NCBI GenBank assembly: GCA_030390025.1
Contig: CM059432.1
Span: forward strand, 27,034,001 to 27,098,000
DNA: 64,000 bases
Origin: Squalus acanthias
Taxonomy: Eukaryota
Reading direction: 5' to 3'
The position numbers and the translations under genes are program-made. The notes under the pieces were generated by a model. The model worked only from the letters and a program-made list of their open reading frames with translations, ran no database searches and was not told the origin of the DNA. Each line of letters begins with the position of its first letter. The stretch's first letter is position 1. This document shows, in pieces, positions 13,115 to 25,488 of this stretch.

Positions 13115-13790
13115 CTATTTGTTCTCAGGATATGGGCGACACTGGCAAAGCTCAATTTTGTTTAACTACCCTTTCCTAGTTGCCCTGCGAAGGTGGTGCC
13201 TTGACCTTGAACCACTAATAGGCCTTTTGACGATAGTGCTCCCACAGTGGCGTTGGGTAGGGAATTCCAGCATTTTGCCCAAGAGTTGAAAGAATGACAG
13301 TATATGTCCAAGTCAGGATGGTGTATGACTTGAAGATGCTGGTGATCCTAAGATCCTGCTGCCCTTGTCCAGTGGTACAGGTTGGAGGGCTCGGAGGTGC
13401 TGTTGAAGTTACTTTGCTGAGTTGCTGCAGTGTATTCTGTAGATAGTGCAGCCACAGTGCTCCAGTGGTTGAGAGGGTGGATATTGAGTCCAGTGCCAGG
13501 GCACCAGTCAGTGTTCTGCTCTGGTTGCAAGCTCCTTGAGTGTTGTTGCTGCTGGACTCATACATGCTAATGATGAGTATGCCAACACAGTCCTGACTTC
13601 AGCCTTGTAGATGATGGAGAGGTTTTGTGGAGTGATGAAGTGAGCCACTCGTCGCAGAGTACCAAGCCTCTGCCTTGCTCATCTAGCCATGCTGCCGCTA
13701 TGTCCAGTCTAGTTGAACTTCTTGTCAATGGTGACCACTGGGATGTTGATAGTTGGGGACTCGATAAGGGTGATGTTGTAGGGCCTGGAT
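13115..13790 (-). mobile_element. Degenerate LINE family B 3' fragment
   Basis: Homologous to 2290-2970 (ESPTINI-VTIDKK, IYKAEVR). Confidence 0.8.
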
Positions 13791-14379
13791 ATTTTCCAGG
13801 TTCTGCTGTGGACTGGTATGGGCTGCTTCATTAATAACAACAGCTTGCATTGATCTAGAGATTTTAATGTAGTGAAACATCCAAAGTGTTTCAATATGGA
13901 GTGATCAACAAAAACTGTACGTGTGCTAGCTTGTTACATTTTTAGCTCGGGTACTGTGACGATTAATGTGGAGCTATCCTAGCAGCAACTTTATTAACTG
14001 TTGAGCTATTTGCTGTGGCATTGCTCATGGTATTATCCTTCTGATAAATTAAGTTGCATTCCAGAGATTCAACTTTTAGTTAGGAATAAAGTCTTAAATC
14101 TTTCCATTTACTTTAACTTAGTAACTCAAATTTTAATTTGCACCTTTCAAATAGTTAGTAATTTCACCGTTAAATTTTCAGTTTTAACTGCAGGTGTTCA
14201 CAGCATCAACTTGCTCATAAATTGAGTCAAAGGCTTGCCCGGGGGTTCAGGCCTCAACGAGGTCCAAGCCTTCAAACTAATTAAAATTTCAACTAGAACT
14301 TAAATTTTGAAATACTTACATTTTTAGTTGTCAAGTTACTTAAACTTTAAGTTGCAGCATTAAAATGGTTAAAGTTATA

Positions 14380-14694
14380 CAGGAAACTCTTGTTTAACCG
14401 GCACCTAAATATCCGGAATTCTCTCTTAACCGGCAAAAATCATACTCCGAAAACTCCTCTCAAATAACTGGCAATGTTGCCGAGTCCGAGTCCGAGTCTC
14501 CCGCGAACGCCGAGTTAGTCAGTGGGGGTAGTTCTCCAAAGTGCCACTACTCGGCCTCCTGGCGCTGTCGGAAGTCCGAACACTGCAGTAACATTAAAAA
14601 TAGCCTCGGTAGATATAACTCTCCGTTATCCGGAACTTTTGATCAGCCGGCACCACGCCGGTCCCGTCGGTGCCGGATACCAAAGAGTTTCCTG
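14380..14694. mobile_element. Tc1/mariner-superfamily (Tigger/pogo-like) MITE
   Basis: TA TSD both sides; TIR CAGGAAACTCTT/AAGAGTTTCCTG with CCGGCAC subterminal repeats; CpG-rich. Confidence 0.85.
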
Positions 14695-15456
14695 TACTGA
14701 AATTTTCACTTTTTGCTGTTGATCGGTCATTGCTAAACAATCTGATTCTCAGATCTGATTGGTCTGTGCTAACCATATGACTGGTATGACATCTGGTTAG
14801 CATATTGACATAGGCCCACTGAGTTGGGTGAGCTAAAATGTCATGCTATTTTCCTGCACACTTAAATTTATCCGTAGAAGTGTCCAGGATGAGCAGATGG
14901 AAATTGATAGATTTTGGTACGGTGTAATCTTGCAGGCCACCATAGGGACACTAGGGATGATGGATGATTTGCCTTTGCAGCCTATTAAACTCAAATCTGG
15001 ATCCTTAAAACCACCCAGCCAAATCTAGTAGATATTATGGGTGGGCAGTGCAGTGGTTGCTTGTTGGTACCTTCAATGAATCTTGGATCGTAGTCATGCT
15101 ATCAAAGATGGAGAATGACCAAGTGGAGGTTAGTCGGTTCCTGTATTCCTACTTCCTGTTTGTGGGGTGGGGAAGACAAGGAATTGTAGAGTAAGGCACA
15201 GGATAGCAAAATTGTTCTGTCCTTCCTCATGGCCTGGGAATTGTGTGCAGTGTGGCTAACCTAAAGAAAAAGTTTGCAAAAATAACTTTATCAAAGTTAA
15301 ATCATGGGTTGGGAATTTCCTTCAAGCTGCTCCTGCTGTACCACCGCAGCTTTGGCAAAATTTCAGTTTTCCCACACGAACCGGGTTTCTGATGCAGTTC
15401 TGGCAAAGTTACGACAGTGGAGTGGAGAAGCCCCAAGGAAATGACCAGCCATAGTC

Positions 15457-16359
15457 TGAGGTTATGCACTTTGGCAGGAAAAATCAGAGAGCAAGTTATT
15501 ATCTTAATGGCGAGAAACTGGAAAGTACTGCAGTACAAAGGGATCTGGGGGTCCTAGTGCAAGAAAATCAAAAAGTTAGTATGCAGGTGCAGCAGGTGAT
15601 CAAGAAGGCCAACGGAATGTTGGCTTTTATTGCTAGGGGGATAGATTATAAAAACAGGGCGGTATTGCTGCAGTTATATAAGGTATTGGTGAGACCGCAC
15701 CTGGAATACTGCATACAGTTTTGGTGTCCATACTTAAGAAAAGACATACTTGCTCTCGAGGCAGTACAAGGAAGGTTCACTCGGTTAATCCCGGGGATGA
15801 GGGGGTGGACATATGAGGAGAGGTTGAGTAGATTGGGACTCTACTCATTGGAGTTCAGAAGAGTGAGAGGCGATCTTATTGAAACATATAAGATTGTGAA
15901 GGGGCTTGATCGGGTGGATGCGGTAAAGATGTTCCCAAGGATGGGTGAAACTAGAACTAGGGGGCATAATCTTAGAATAAGAGGCTGCTCTTTCAAAACT
16001 GAGATGAGGAGAAACTTCTTCACTCAGAGGGTGGTGGGTCTCTGGAATTTGCTGCCCCAGGAAGCTGTGGAAGCTACATCATTAAATAAATTTAAAACAG
16101 AAATAGACAGTTTCCTAGAAGTAAAGGGAATTGGGGGTTACGGGGAGCGGGCAGGAAATTGGACATGAGGCTGAGTTCGGATCGGTCGAGGCCCTGTGGG
16201 TGGCGTAGCGGGCCCAGGGGCTGAGTGGCCAGGTCCTGCTCCTACTTCTTGTGTTCTTTAGATTTGAGGTGAGGATCAGATCAGCCATGATCTTATTGAA
16301 TGGCGGAGCAGGCTCGAAGGGCCGATTGGCCTACTCCTACTCCTATTTCTTATGTTCTT
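15457..16359 (+). mobile_element. Young 5'-truncated CR1 with intact ORF2 C-terminus and doubled 3' UTR
   Basis: Uninterrupted 234-aa ORF 15464..16168; probable TSD ATAGTC (15451-15456, 16360-16365). Confidence 0.93.
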
Positions 16360-16573
16360 ATAGTCCCAAAAAAAAGAAATGCTTATATAGCAGGTCTCTC
16401 CGAAATGTTTCAAAGCATGTCACATGCAATTAAGTACCTTTAGCTGCAGTAATTGTTGTTAAGTAGGTGAACAAGAGCACCATTTTGCACATAGCAGGAT
16501 CCTACAAATGGAAGACCTGTCATATTTACTAACTTTGGTTGGTATTTATCAGCGCTCCAGATTTAAATTCAAT

Positions 16574-16747
16574 GGAGGGTAATTTTCACCATCACCGCCT
16601 AGGTGGTAAACTGGTGGAGTGGATCGCCAGCCCATTGTAGAACCTACCCAATATTGTGTTAATAAAAACTGAGTGGGTTCTTTAATGGGCAGGCAATTCA
16701 CTCTGCCAGTTTACTGCCCCCATGCAGTGAAGGTAAAAATCATGCTC
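16574..16747. mobile_element. Palindromic MITE (Harbinger-like)
   Basis: Arms pair imperfectly over the whole length (aattttcaccatcac-gtaaactgg-cccattgtagaaccta vs gggttctttaatggg-ccagtttac-gtgaaggtaaaaat); AAT on both flanks. Confidence 0.6.
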
Positions 16748-16942
16748 AATAGACTGCAAAGTCTCACCTCCAAGATATTTAACTCCGACTAGAAGACCTG
16801 AGGATAAATTAATATGATTAAAATGAAAGTAAGGCTCAGAAGCGTTTCCGCTCCATCCACACCTCCCCCACAATCGGAGCAGTGTTTATCTAGACTAAAC
16901 TGCTAGTAAAGCCAGCTAATGCTGTGCCCATTGTAAGCTGTT

Positions 16943-17541
16943 GGCTGTGGCTCAGTGGTAGAACTCTCACCTCTGAGTCAGAAAGTTGTGGGTTCAAGTC
17001 CTACTCCGGAGCCTTGAGCGCATAATTAGTGCTGCACTGTCAGAGGTTCTGTCTTTCAGATGAGACGTTAAACCGAGCCCCCGTCTGCCCTCCCAGATGG
17101 ACGCAAAAGATTCCATGGTACTATTTCGAAGACGAGCAGGGGAGTTCTCCCCAGTTGTCCTGGCCAATATTTAGCCCTTAATCAACATCATTAAAAAAAC
17201 AGATTATCTGGTCATTATCAGTCGTTGAATATATTCAAGGCAGAAATCGATAGATTTTTGGATACTAAGGGAACCAAGGGATATGGGGATAGTGCGGAAA
17301 GATGGAGTTGAGGTAGAAGATCAGCCAGGATCTTATTGAATGGTGGCGCAGGCTCAAAGGACCGAATGACCTACTCCTGCTCCTATTTCTTATGTTCTTA
17401 TCAGATTGCTGTTTGTGGGACCTTGCTGTGCGAAACTTGGGTGCCACATGACTACATATTAAAAGTACTTCATTGGCTGTAACGAGCGTTGGGAAGTCCT
17501 AAAGTCGGGATAAGTGCTATATAAATGCGAGCCTTTCTTTC
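16943..17541 (+). mobile_element. tRNA-derived Deu-domain SINE (SacSINE1-like) with CR1 tail inserted at about 17222-17397
   Basis: A box TGGCTCAGTGG, B box GGTTCAAGTCC; central cagatgagacgttaaaccgag-gtcctggccaatattta domain; L2-like tail; insert flanked by TTATCAG duplication. Confidence 0.85.
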
Positions 17542-17795
17542 ATTAACCCCTTTTAAAAGACCTGGATAAATATATGGTTAAACCTGCAATATTGACAAAA
17601 CAACACACTCCCACAGAATTCATTTGTCTATTGAAATAGGAAAAAAACAGAGATTTCATTGCAGAAAACATTATTTTTATTAGTATATATTATGTACACA
17701 GCAACAAACTACCATCAATAAATAGAAAATTTGAGAGTTATATATTTCATGTGGCATATGCATTAAATGCTGCTCACAATTTCTCTTGCCTCCAG

Positions 17796-17969
17796 GAGTG
17801 AAGCCATTCAAGTGTTCAGTTTGTGAGTATGCCACACGCAGCAAGAGCAACCTGAGGGCCCACATGAATCGCCACAGCACCGAGAAGGCACACCTCTGTG
17901 ACTTGTGTGGAAAGAAGTTCAAATCGAAAGGCAGCCTCAAGAGTCATAAGTTGTTGCACACCGCTGATG
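17796..17969 (+). CDS. ZFAT: ZFAT coding exon 3 in window, two C2H2 fingers (G)VKPFKCSVCEYATRSKSNLRAHMNRHSTEKAHLCDLCGKKFKSKGSLKSHKLLHTAD
   Basis: tccag acceptor, gtgagt donor; 174 nt, phase 1-1; ORF 17786..17977. Confidence 0.97.
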
Positions 17970-19292
17970 GTGAGTAATGTCATCCAGCAGAACCTGTTAC
18001 TGCCTGCCTCCCTGATTATACCCTTTGGTCAGCAAGGGCAAAGGCAAGGGCACTTCCAAGTTGCTTTGAGTGCTCAAACGTAACATTGCCCACCAATCAT
18101 AAATCCCTTGATTTGGATATTACGGCCTACAACGAACTGAGATGCCGGAGGATCGATGGAGACTGGTCCTTGGGTTTCATCAGCATACCTGGTTGCTGGC
18201 GCCGGTCTTGCCTTCACAGGCAGCTCCTCCAAGCGAAGACATCGACAGTCAACAGCGGTCCTCAGGCAAGTTCAGGGAGCAGGGATTCTTTTTAAACTTA
18301 TCTGGAGTTAGCACCCACGGGGGGCTACTGAAGAATCCTGACCCCTGCCCTACTCATCGCTGACTAATTTCTCAGTGGGATCCTTCCGTGGGTGTTGGAC
18401 AACTTCAAAAAGGCCCCCATGAATTTAGCAGTGGGACCAGTGCCTGGGCAGATTAGACACAGGCCATCGACACTGCTAAATTGGCATTCTATGCCCTCAT
18501 TTTACACTTGACTAACAGGTTCAATGCGTGTCAATTTCTACCCCTACTCCTTGAGCCATGTGCATGTGACCTGGAAATGGAACACATGTTCTCCAACACC
18601 TCTGTTGCCACAAAGTGTGGATATCCTTGGCCCTTATCTGCATAGGAACATAGGAATTGCTGCACGAAAAAATACCAAGGTGCATCTATCTCAGTAATAT
18701 AATGAAAATGGAGTTGTTGACTAATCATAGCAATCAATCTCTATCAATTAGATAGACTCAGGAATGAAACCAGTGAGTATACTTTACGAACATAAGGAAC
18801 AGGAGTAGACCATTCAGCCCCCACCAGAGGAAATAGATTCTCTGTATTTATCCTGTCTGATCCATTTAACTAATATGAATATAGCTCCAGCGCATTCGCT
18901 GGACTGGTTGGTATGCTTATTACATAGAATTACATGGTTCTGTGCTGCTGCACATTCTATCTTCCAACTGATCCATGCCAGTGTTTATGCTCCACACGAG
19001 CCTCAATCCATGCTACTTCTAGCCCTATCAACATACCCTTCTGTTCCTTTCTCCCCAATATTTTTTTCTAGCTTCTCCTTAAATGCATCTGTTATTCACC
19101 TCAACTACTCCTTGTGGTAGTGAGTTCCACACTCCAATCACTCTCTGGGTAAAGAATTTTCTCCTGAATTACCTATTAGATTTATTAGTATATTTATGGC
19201 CCCGAGTTTTGGTCTCCCCACAAGTGGAAATATCTTCTTTACATCTACCCTATCAAATCCTTTCAGAATCTTAAAGACCTCTATCAAGTCAC

Positions 19293-19455
19293 CAATGTTT
19301 CCGTTAAGTTGCGTGGCCGCGCAGCTGTCTGGAGGTCCCGTGCAGGCCACTTGCCGGCTTCACAATGGGAAAAACAGCACATGCGTGGAAATTTGAATAG
19401 GCTGCACAGTCCATTAACGGGACTGAGCACCCAAAAAAAATTAGGGGTAACATTG
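19293..19455. mobile_element. hAT-type MITE
   Basis: TIR CAATGTT/AACATTG; 8-bp TSD CAAGTCAC/CAGGTCAC inside CR1. Confidence 0.85.
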
Positions 19456-19911
19456 CAGGTCACCCGTCAGCCTTCTATTTTCAAGAGAAACGAGCCCCAG
19501 CCTTTTCAATCTTTCCTGATGGGTATAACCTCTCTGTTCCAGTATCATCCTTGTAAAAAATATTTACATCTTCTACAGTGCATCTAATCATTTTTATAAT
19601 ATGGAGACCAGAACTGTTCGCAGTACTCCAAGTGTGGTCTAACCAAGGTTTTATACAAGTTTAAAGTAACTTCTCTACATTTCAATTCTCTGCACTCCCA
19701 GTGCTTTGTTTGCATTTTTTTTATGGCCGTATTAACCTGTTACTACTTATGGTGATTTGTGTATCTGTACTCCTAGATCCCTTTGCTCCTCTACCACATT
19801 CAGACTCTTATTTTCCAAAGAGTATGTGACCTCCTTATTCTTTCTACCAAAGTGCACCATCTCACACTTATCTATATTGAAATCAATTTGCCAATTACAC
19901 GCCCATTCTGC

Positions 19912-21530
19912 GGCCGCGATTTTACTTACCTCAGCGGGTCCGTGGCGGGCGATGTCAGTGGCGGGTCACAGCCCCGCTGCTGGCTCCATTCCGCTGTGTA
20001 AAATGACTTTCCGTTGATTGGGTTTGTTAAGCCCGCCCAGCGCGTTACCCGGCCCAATTAAAGGAAGCGGGTCTGGTGACGTCATTTCATGACGCGTCAT
20101 CAGCCAGTTTCCTTAAAGGGACCATGGCCACATTTGTCTTGACATTTGTGCTGTCAGTGTTCTACAGCATTGAGGTGCTGCAAATACTGACGATGACTGC
20201 ACAGAGGCAGAGGGCTGCACCCAAGGTCTCCCATGACTCCCTCCATATGCTTATGGATAGAGCCACAGCACACAGGGAGGTTCTCTTCCCTTCCCATGGG
20301 CTGAAGAGACCTCCCCAGGAGACCAACACAGCCTGGTTGCACATTGCACAGGAGGACACAAGCAGGGATGTTGCCAGGAGGACATGGGTGCAGTGCTGCA
20401 AACGTTTCAATGATCTCAGTAGATCACGAAACGTTAGTACAAAGCCACACTCAACCTCCTCCTGCTGTGCCTCTCATCACATCCCCATCACTCTGCCTTC
20501 CCTACCCCACCTCCTCTCTATCTATATTATCACATCCCCAACTCACTAGCCACCCCTCACACTCACCCTCATACTAGTGCAATCATACCAACTAACAACA
20601 CACAAGGGTAGGCACTTGGGTGTTTTATGCAATGTTCATGTAAAGTTTCTGTTAATGTGGTGTCAAACATTGAAATCTTTATTTTCAACACTTTGCGTTC
20701 TTGGGCAGATTTGTATGCACCGTTTGAAGTGGCTTAGTGAGTTGCAGTGAATGGTGAGACATAATGGTAACCCCCGCCCCCCCCGCAATGGTGATGAGTG
20801 TGAAAGGAATGGGTTGGGCATTGTAGAGATGCTTTATGGTGTTGGTGTGGGGTGGTGCCAACCTGGCGCATCATGTGGCAGCCAGGGTGTACAGCATTAA
20901 GTGAAGTAAATCTGACCATTGTGAGGCCATCCCTGGCCTCCCGGACAGCAATGTGCTCGGGTGCTGATGCCCTGAGTCCTGTGCAGCATCAGTTGATTGC
21001 GGAGAATGTTGGTGCTGCCAGTGTGCCTAGTGTTGGGGCTGATCGTGGTGGGATTCTGAGGACCAAGGTGAGAGAGTATAAAGGGCATCCATGTTGATGG
21101 AATAGATGGCAGGTGAAGTAGAGATGACAGAAGCATTCTGTCAATGATGAGAGTTCTTCCAATGAGGTGAAAGTGGAAAGCCTACAGAATGTGTGCTAGA
21201 AATGGAGTGAGAAAAAGCTTCTGCCTGAGGAAAGTGTATATCAGTCAGGTGGGAGCTTTTACTGTACATTTGAAGCTGTCAAGTAATCAGCTGGAGCAAT
21301 GACCACTGAACTCAGGCCTCAGCTTGACAGCCGTGGTCTGCGCACAGCGGGGATCCCGTGGTCATGAAGTTAAAGACAAACGATAAGTGAAAAAAGGGCT
21401 GTTAAGCATCTGGCAACTAGATGCTAATCATGTTAATTAGGTCCCCCGCCGTTGCTGGTCGGGTATGCTCAGCGTTGAAAGACCCGACATTGGGAAAGGT
21501 GCATGGGTGCGATTTGACAGCGGGTTCCGA
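19912..21530. mobile_element. Non-autonomous PIF/Harbinger deletion derivative retaining Myb/SANT exon 1 and transposase termini
   Basis: Left end homologous to 37943-38165, right subterminus to 38960-39215; Myb-like ORF 20193-20432 (+); transposase N- and C-terminal remnants 21092-20897 (-); right TIR deleted. Confidence 0.85.
20193..20432 (+). pseudogene. Harbinger Myb/SANT-like DNA-binding protein exon 1 (80 codons, open)
   Basis: RAAPKVSHDSLHMLM-REVLFP-AWLHIAQE-RTWVQCCKRFNDL; gttagt donor follows. Confidence 0.85.
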
Positions 21531-21740
21531 TTTGACAATCGTATTTCTGATTCCCAAGTCTAAATCGTTTATGTAAGCGGTGAACAATAGTGGTCCCAGC
21601 ACCGATCCTTGTGGAGCACCACTTCCCACCTTTTGCCAATCTGAATAACTACCCTTAACCTCTACTCTCTGCTTTCTGTTTTGTAGCCAGCTTGCTATCC
21701 ATTCTGCTACTTGTCCCCTGATTCCACATCTTTTGACTTT

Positions 21741-22876
21741 GTTTATTCATTTATGGGATGTGGGTGTCGCTGGCAATGCCAGCATTTATTGGCCATCCCT
21801 AATTGCCCTTGAGAAGGTGGTGGTCTTCTTGAACCGCTGCAGTCCGTGTGGTGAAGGTACTCCCACAGTGCTGTTAGGGAGGGAGTTCCACAATTATGAC
21901 CAATGTTCCCTCTTATTTTTTTGGGTGTGCGGCCCATTCACAGAAACTTTACGTTGAAAAAGCCGATCCCGGGCTGCATGAGACTGGCAGAGGCTGCGCA
22001 CCTTATAGACCCAGCGATGGTGAAGGAACAACGATATATTTCCAAGTCAGGTTGATGTGTGACTTGGAGAGAAACTTGGAGGCAGTGGTGTTCCCATGCA
22101 CCTCCTGCCCTTGTCCTTCTAGGTGGTAGCGGTCGTGGGTTTTGGAGGTGCTGTTGAAGAAGTCTTGGCGAGTTGCTGCAGTGCATCTTGTAGATGGTAC
22201 ACACTGCAGTCATGGTGCGCTAGTAGTGGAGAGAGTGACTGTTTAAGGTGGGCTGCTTTGTCCTGAATGGTGTCGAGCTTCTTGAGTGTTGTTGGAGCTG
22301 CACTCATCCAGGCAAATGGCGAGTATTCTATCACACTCCTGACTTGTGCCTTGTAGATGGTGGAAAGGCTTTGGGGAGTCAGGAGGTGAGTCACTCGCTG
22401 CAGAATACCCAGCTTCTGACCTACTCTTGTACCCGCAGTATTTACGTGGCTGGTCCAGTTAAGTTTGTGGTCAGTGGTTACCCTCAGGATGTTGATGCTG
22501 GAGGATTCGACGATAGTAATGCCATTGAATGTCAAGGGGAGGTGGCTAGACTCTCTCCTGTTGGAGATAGTCGTTGTCTGGCACTTGTGTGGTGCAAATG
22601 ATACTTGCCACTTATCATCCTAAGCCTGAATAGTGTCCAGGTCTTGCTGCATGTGGGGAAGGACTGCTTTATTATCTGAGGAGTTGCGAATGGAACTGAA
22701 CACTGTGCAATCATCAGCGAAAATTGCCAGTTCTCACCTTATGATGGAGGGAAGGTCATTGATGAAGCTGCTGAAGATGTTTGGGCCTAGGACAATGCTT
22801 TGAAGAACTCCTGCAGCGATGTCCTGGGGGCTGAGATGATTGGCCTCCAACAACCACAACCGACTTCCTTTGTGCT
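21741..22876 (-). mobile_element. LINE family B 3' fragment containing a truncated hAT MITE (21901-22007)
   Basis: ORFs 22119..22535 and 21938..22213 homologous to 2239..2715; CAATGTTCCC at 21901. Confidence 0.9.
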
Positions 22877-22933
22877 ATTCATGAGTCTACTATGCGGTAC
22901 CTCATCGAAGGCTTTTGAAAATCCAAATATATT

Positions 22934-23463
22934 GGCCTGGATATTCCGATCCCTACGGGTGGGTATGTGCTGTGTACCCACCCGTAGGAACATCGGAAAT
23001 GCCGGTTTCAGGCCTGCTTTTACCAGGATAAGAGTTGAAAAAAGTAAAAAAAAAAAACGTTTATTTTTAGCCCTGTAAAAAACTTTAATTTTTTTCAAAA
23101 AATTTAATTTTTGTTTAAAATACTTAATTTATTGTAATTTCAAGTAATTTTAAAAATGTGATTTTTTTTATTTAAAGTTTTACTATGTTTTTGGGGTGAT
23201 TTCCATTCATATATTTGACAGGTCTTCCTGCCAAGTGTATGAAGGGAGATTCCCTTCTTTGATTGGCTCCCCGTGGCCCACGTGGTCCCAGGGACACTGC
23301 GAACTACATGCGCCTCTGGGATACGTGGGCCCTGCACACTTGGAGTTTGGAGAGGCCCAGCAGCAGAAGCGTGTGCGTCCCAGGAGCCCTCAAGTAAGGG
23401 CGTAGATTTTTCCAGATCGCAGGCCTCCGCCCGCGGGAGGCCTGCAATCGGAAAATACGGGCC
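22934..23463. mobile_element. PIF/Harbinger-type MITE
   Basis: TIR GGCCTGGATATTCCGAT vs GGCCCGTATTTTCCGAT; TSD ATT; empty site aaatccaaatatATTacatc visible in CR1 copy near 62470. Confidence 0.88.
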
Positions 23464-24954
23464 ATTATATCTACTACTTTGTCCTTGTCTACGCTTACTG
23501 ATTTTTTTGAAGAAGTAACAGAAAGGTTGGTCAAGCATGACCTTCCCTTTTGAAATCCATGCCGACATCTTTGAGTAAACATTTCATTATCTTTCCTACC
23601 ACCGACATTAAGCTAACTGGTCTGTAGTTCCCTGGTCTTGTTCTATATCGCTTTTAAATATAGGAATTACATTAGCTGCCCGCCAGTCCTCTGGCACTAT
23701 TCCCTTTTCTAATGAATTTTATATATATGTAATAGTGCCTCTGCTATCTCTAACCTCTTAATATGCGCAGATGCAATCATCTGGACCAGGTGTTTTATCC
23801 TCTCTAAGTTTGATTAGTTTATCAATTATCTTCCCCCTTTCTATCTTAAATATTGTTATATCTTTTTTGATCTCTTCTTCTAATGTCATGTCCATCTTAT
23901 TAGTCTGGTAAATACTGAGGCAAAGTAACTGCTCAATATTTCTGCCATTTCGCTGTCATTACCTGTGAGATTACCTTGTGCATCCCTTAGTGGCCCTATC
24001 CCCATCCTGACATTTGTTTTGTTATTTATGTGTTTGTAGAATATTTTACTATTGCTTTTTATATTCCTTGACAATTTAATTTTGTAGTTCCTTTTTCTTT
24101 CCTAATTGTTTTTTTGACTTCTTTCCTAACCTCTTTGTATTCCATTTCGTCATCATCTCCTTTATTGTCTATATACGTAATGTATGCCTTTTTCTTTAGT
24201 TTCAATTTTCACCTCATCTCTTTATCCTTTGGTGTTTCATTATTGGGTAGTTTGTTCTTGCTTTTTAGCGGAATATATTTCTCTGAACTCTATTGAACAT
24301 TTTTTTTTTAATTTCCCACTGTTGCTCTATCTCTTTGTCAATTTTTTTCCAGTTTACCTTCCGTAGTCCCTAGTTCCATTCTCATTCCCTCAAAATTAGC
24401 TTTTTAGAATGATACAGCACAGAAGGAGGCCATTCAGCCCATCGTGCCTGAGCCAGCTCTTTGGTAGAGCTATCCAATTATTCCCTTTTCTCATAGCCTT
24501 GTAATTCTTTTCCCTTCAATTATTTATCCAATTCCGTTTTGAAATTTACTATTGAATCTGCTTCTACCTGAGATTGAAAGGACCAAATGTCAGAAGTGGG
24601 ATCTGTAACCTTTTTTTAACAGGGTCATGAAGTCAGAATCCCTAAGATTTGCAGCTGTGGAAGAAACTTGCCCTTTCTTATTATTGCTTGGCCCTTCATC
24701 TGATGCTCCCTTCTCAAACTCACTACCTAAATCCCCAGCAGAGGGATGTACCTGTGCTGGTGCTGGTGACAGGTAAAGTGCGTGATGCTGGGTGCTGTGA
24801 GGTGCGGGTTTCTTCAGATGGATTTTGAACTGTGGCTGGTTTTTTGGGGTTGCCAACAGTAACGGAAGAGGAACCTATATTAGAATGCTGGCTGCATGAC
24901 ACCTCTTCAAATAATACTTTATACAGTAATATATTGAGTAGTGTGGAGAGTTAG

Positions 24955-25488
24955 AACATAAGAAATAGGAGCAGGAGTAGGCCATTTGGCCCTTTGAACC
25001 AGCTCCGTCATTCAATAAGATCATGGCTGATCTTCTACCTCATCTCCATTTTCCTGCACTATCCCCATATCCTTTGATTCCCTTAATATTCAAAAATCTA
25101 TCAATCTCTGTCTTGAATATACTTAACGACTGAGCCTCCACAGCCCTCTGGGGTAGAGAATTCCAAAGATTCACCACCCTTTGAGTGAAGAAATTTCTCC
25201 TTATCTCAGGCTGACCCTTTATTCTGAGACTAGGACCCCTGGTTCTAGACTCCCCAGCCAGGGGAAACATTCTCCCTGCATCTACCTTGTCGAGCCCAAT
25301 AAGAATGTTGTATGCTTCAATGAGATCACCTCTCATTCTTCTAAACTCGAGAGAATATAGGCCTAGTCTACTCAATCTCTCCCCATCACAGGAACCAGTC
25401 TGGTGAACCTTCGTTGCACTCCCTCTATGGCAAGTATATCCTTCCTTAGATAAGGAGACCAAAACTGTACACAATACTCCAGGTGTGG
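24955..25488 (-). mobile_element. CR1 3' fragment nested in older CR1
   Basis: [37 protein letters not shown] and 3' UTR. Confidence 0.9.

Noticed and set aside
16943..17010. tRNA gene (A and B boxes)
   Set aside because: Continues into a SINE body and tail present in several copies; no complete cloverleaf
18140..18490. Possible decayed MITE with AATTTAGCAGTG/CACTGCTAAATT inverted repeat
   Set aside because: No definable termini or TSD
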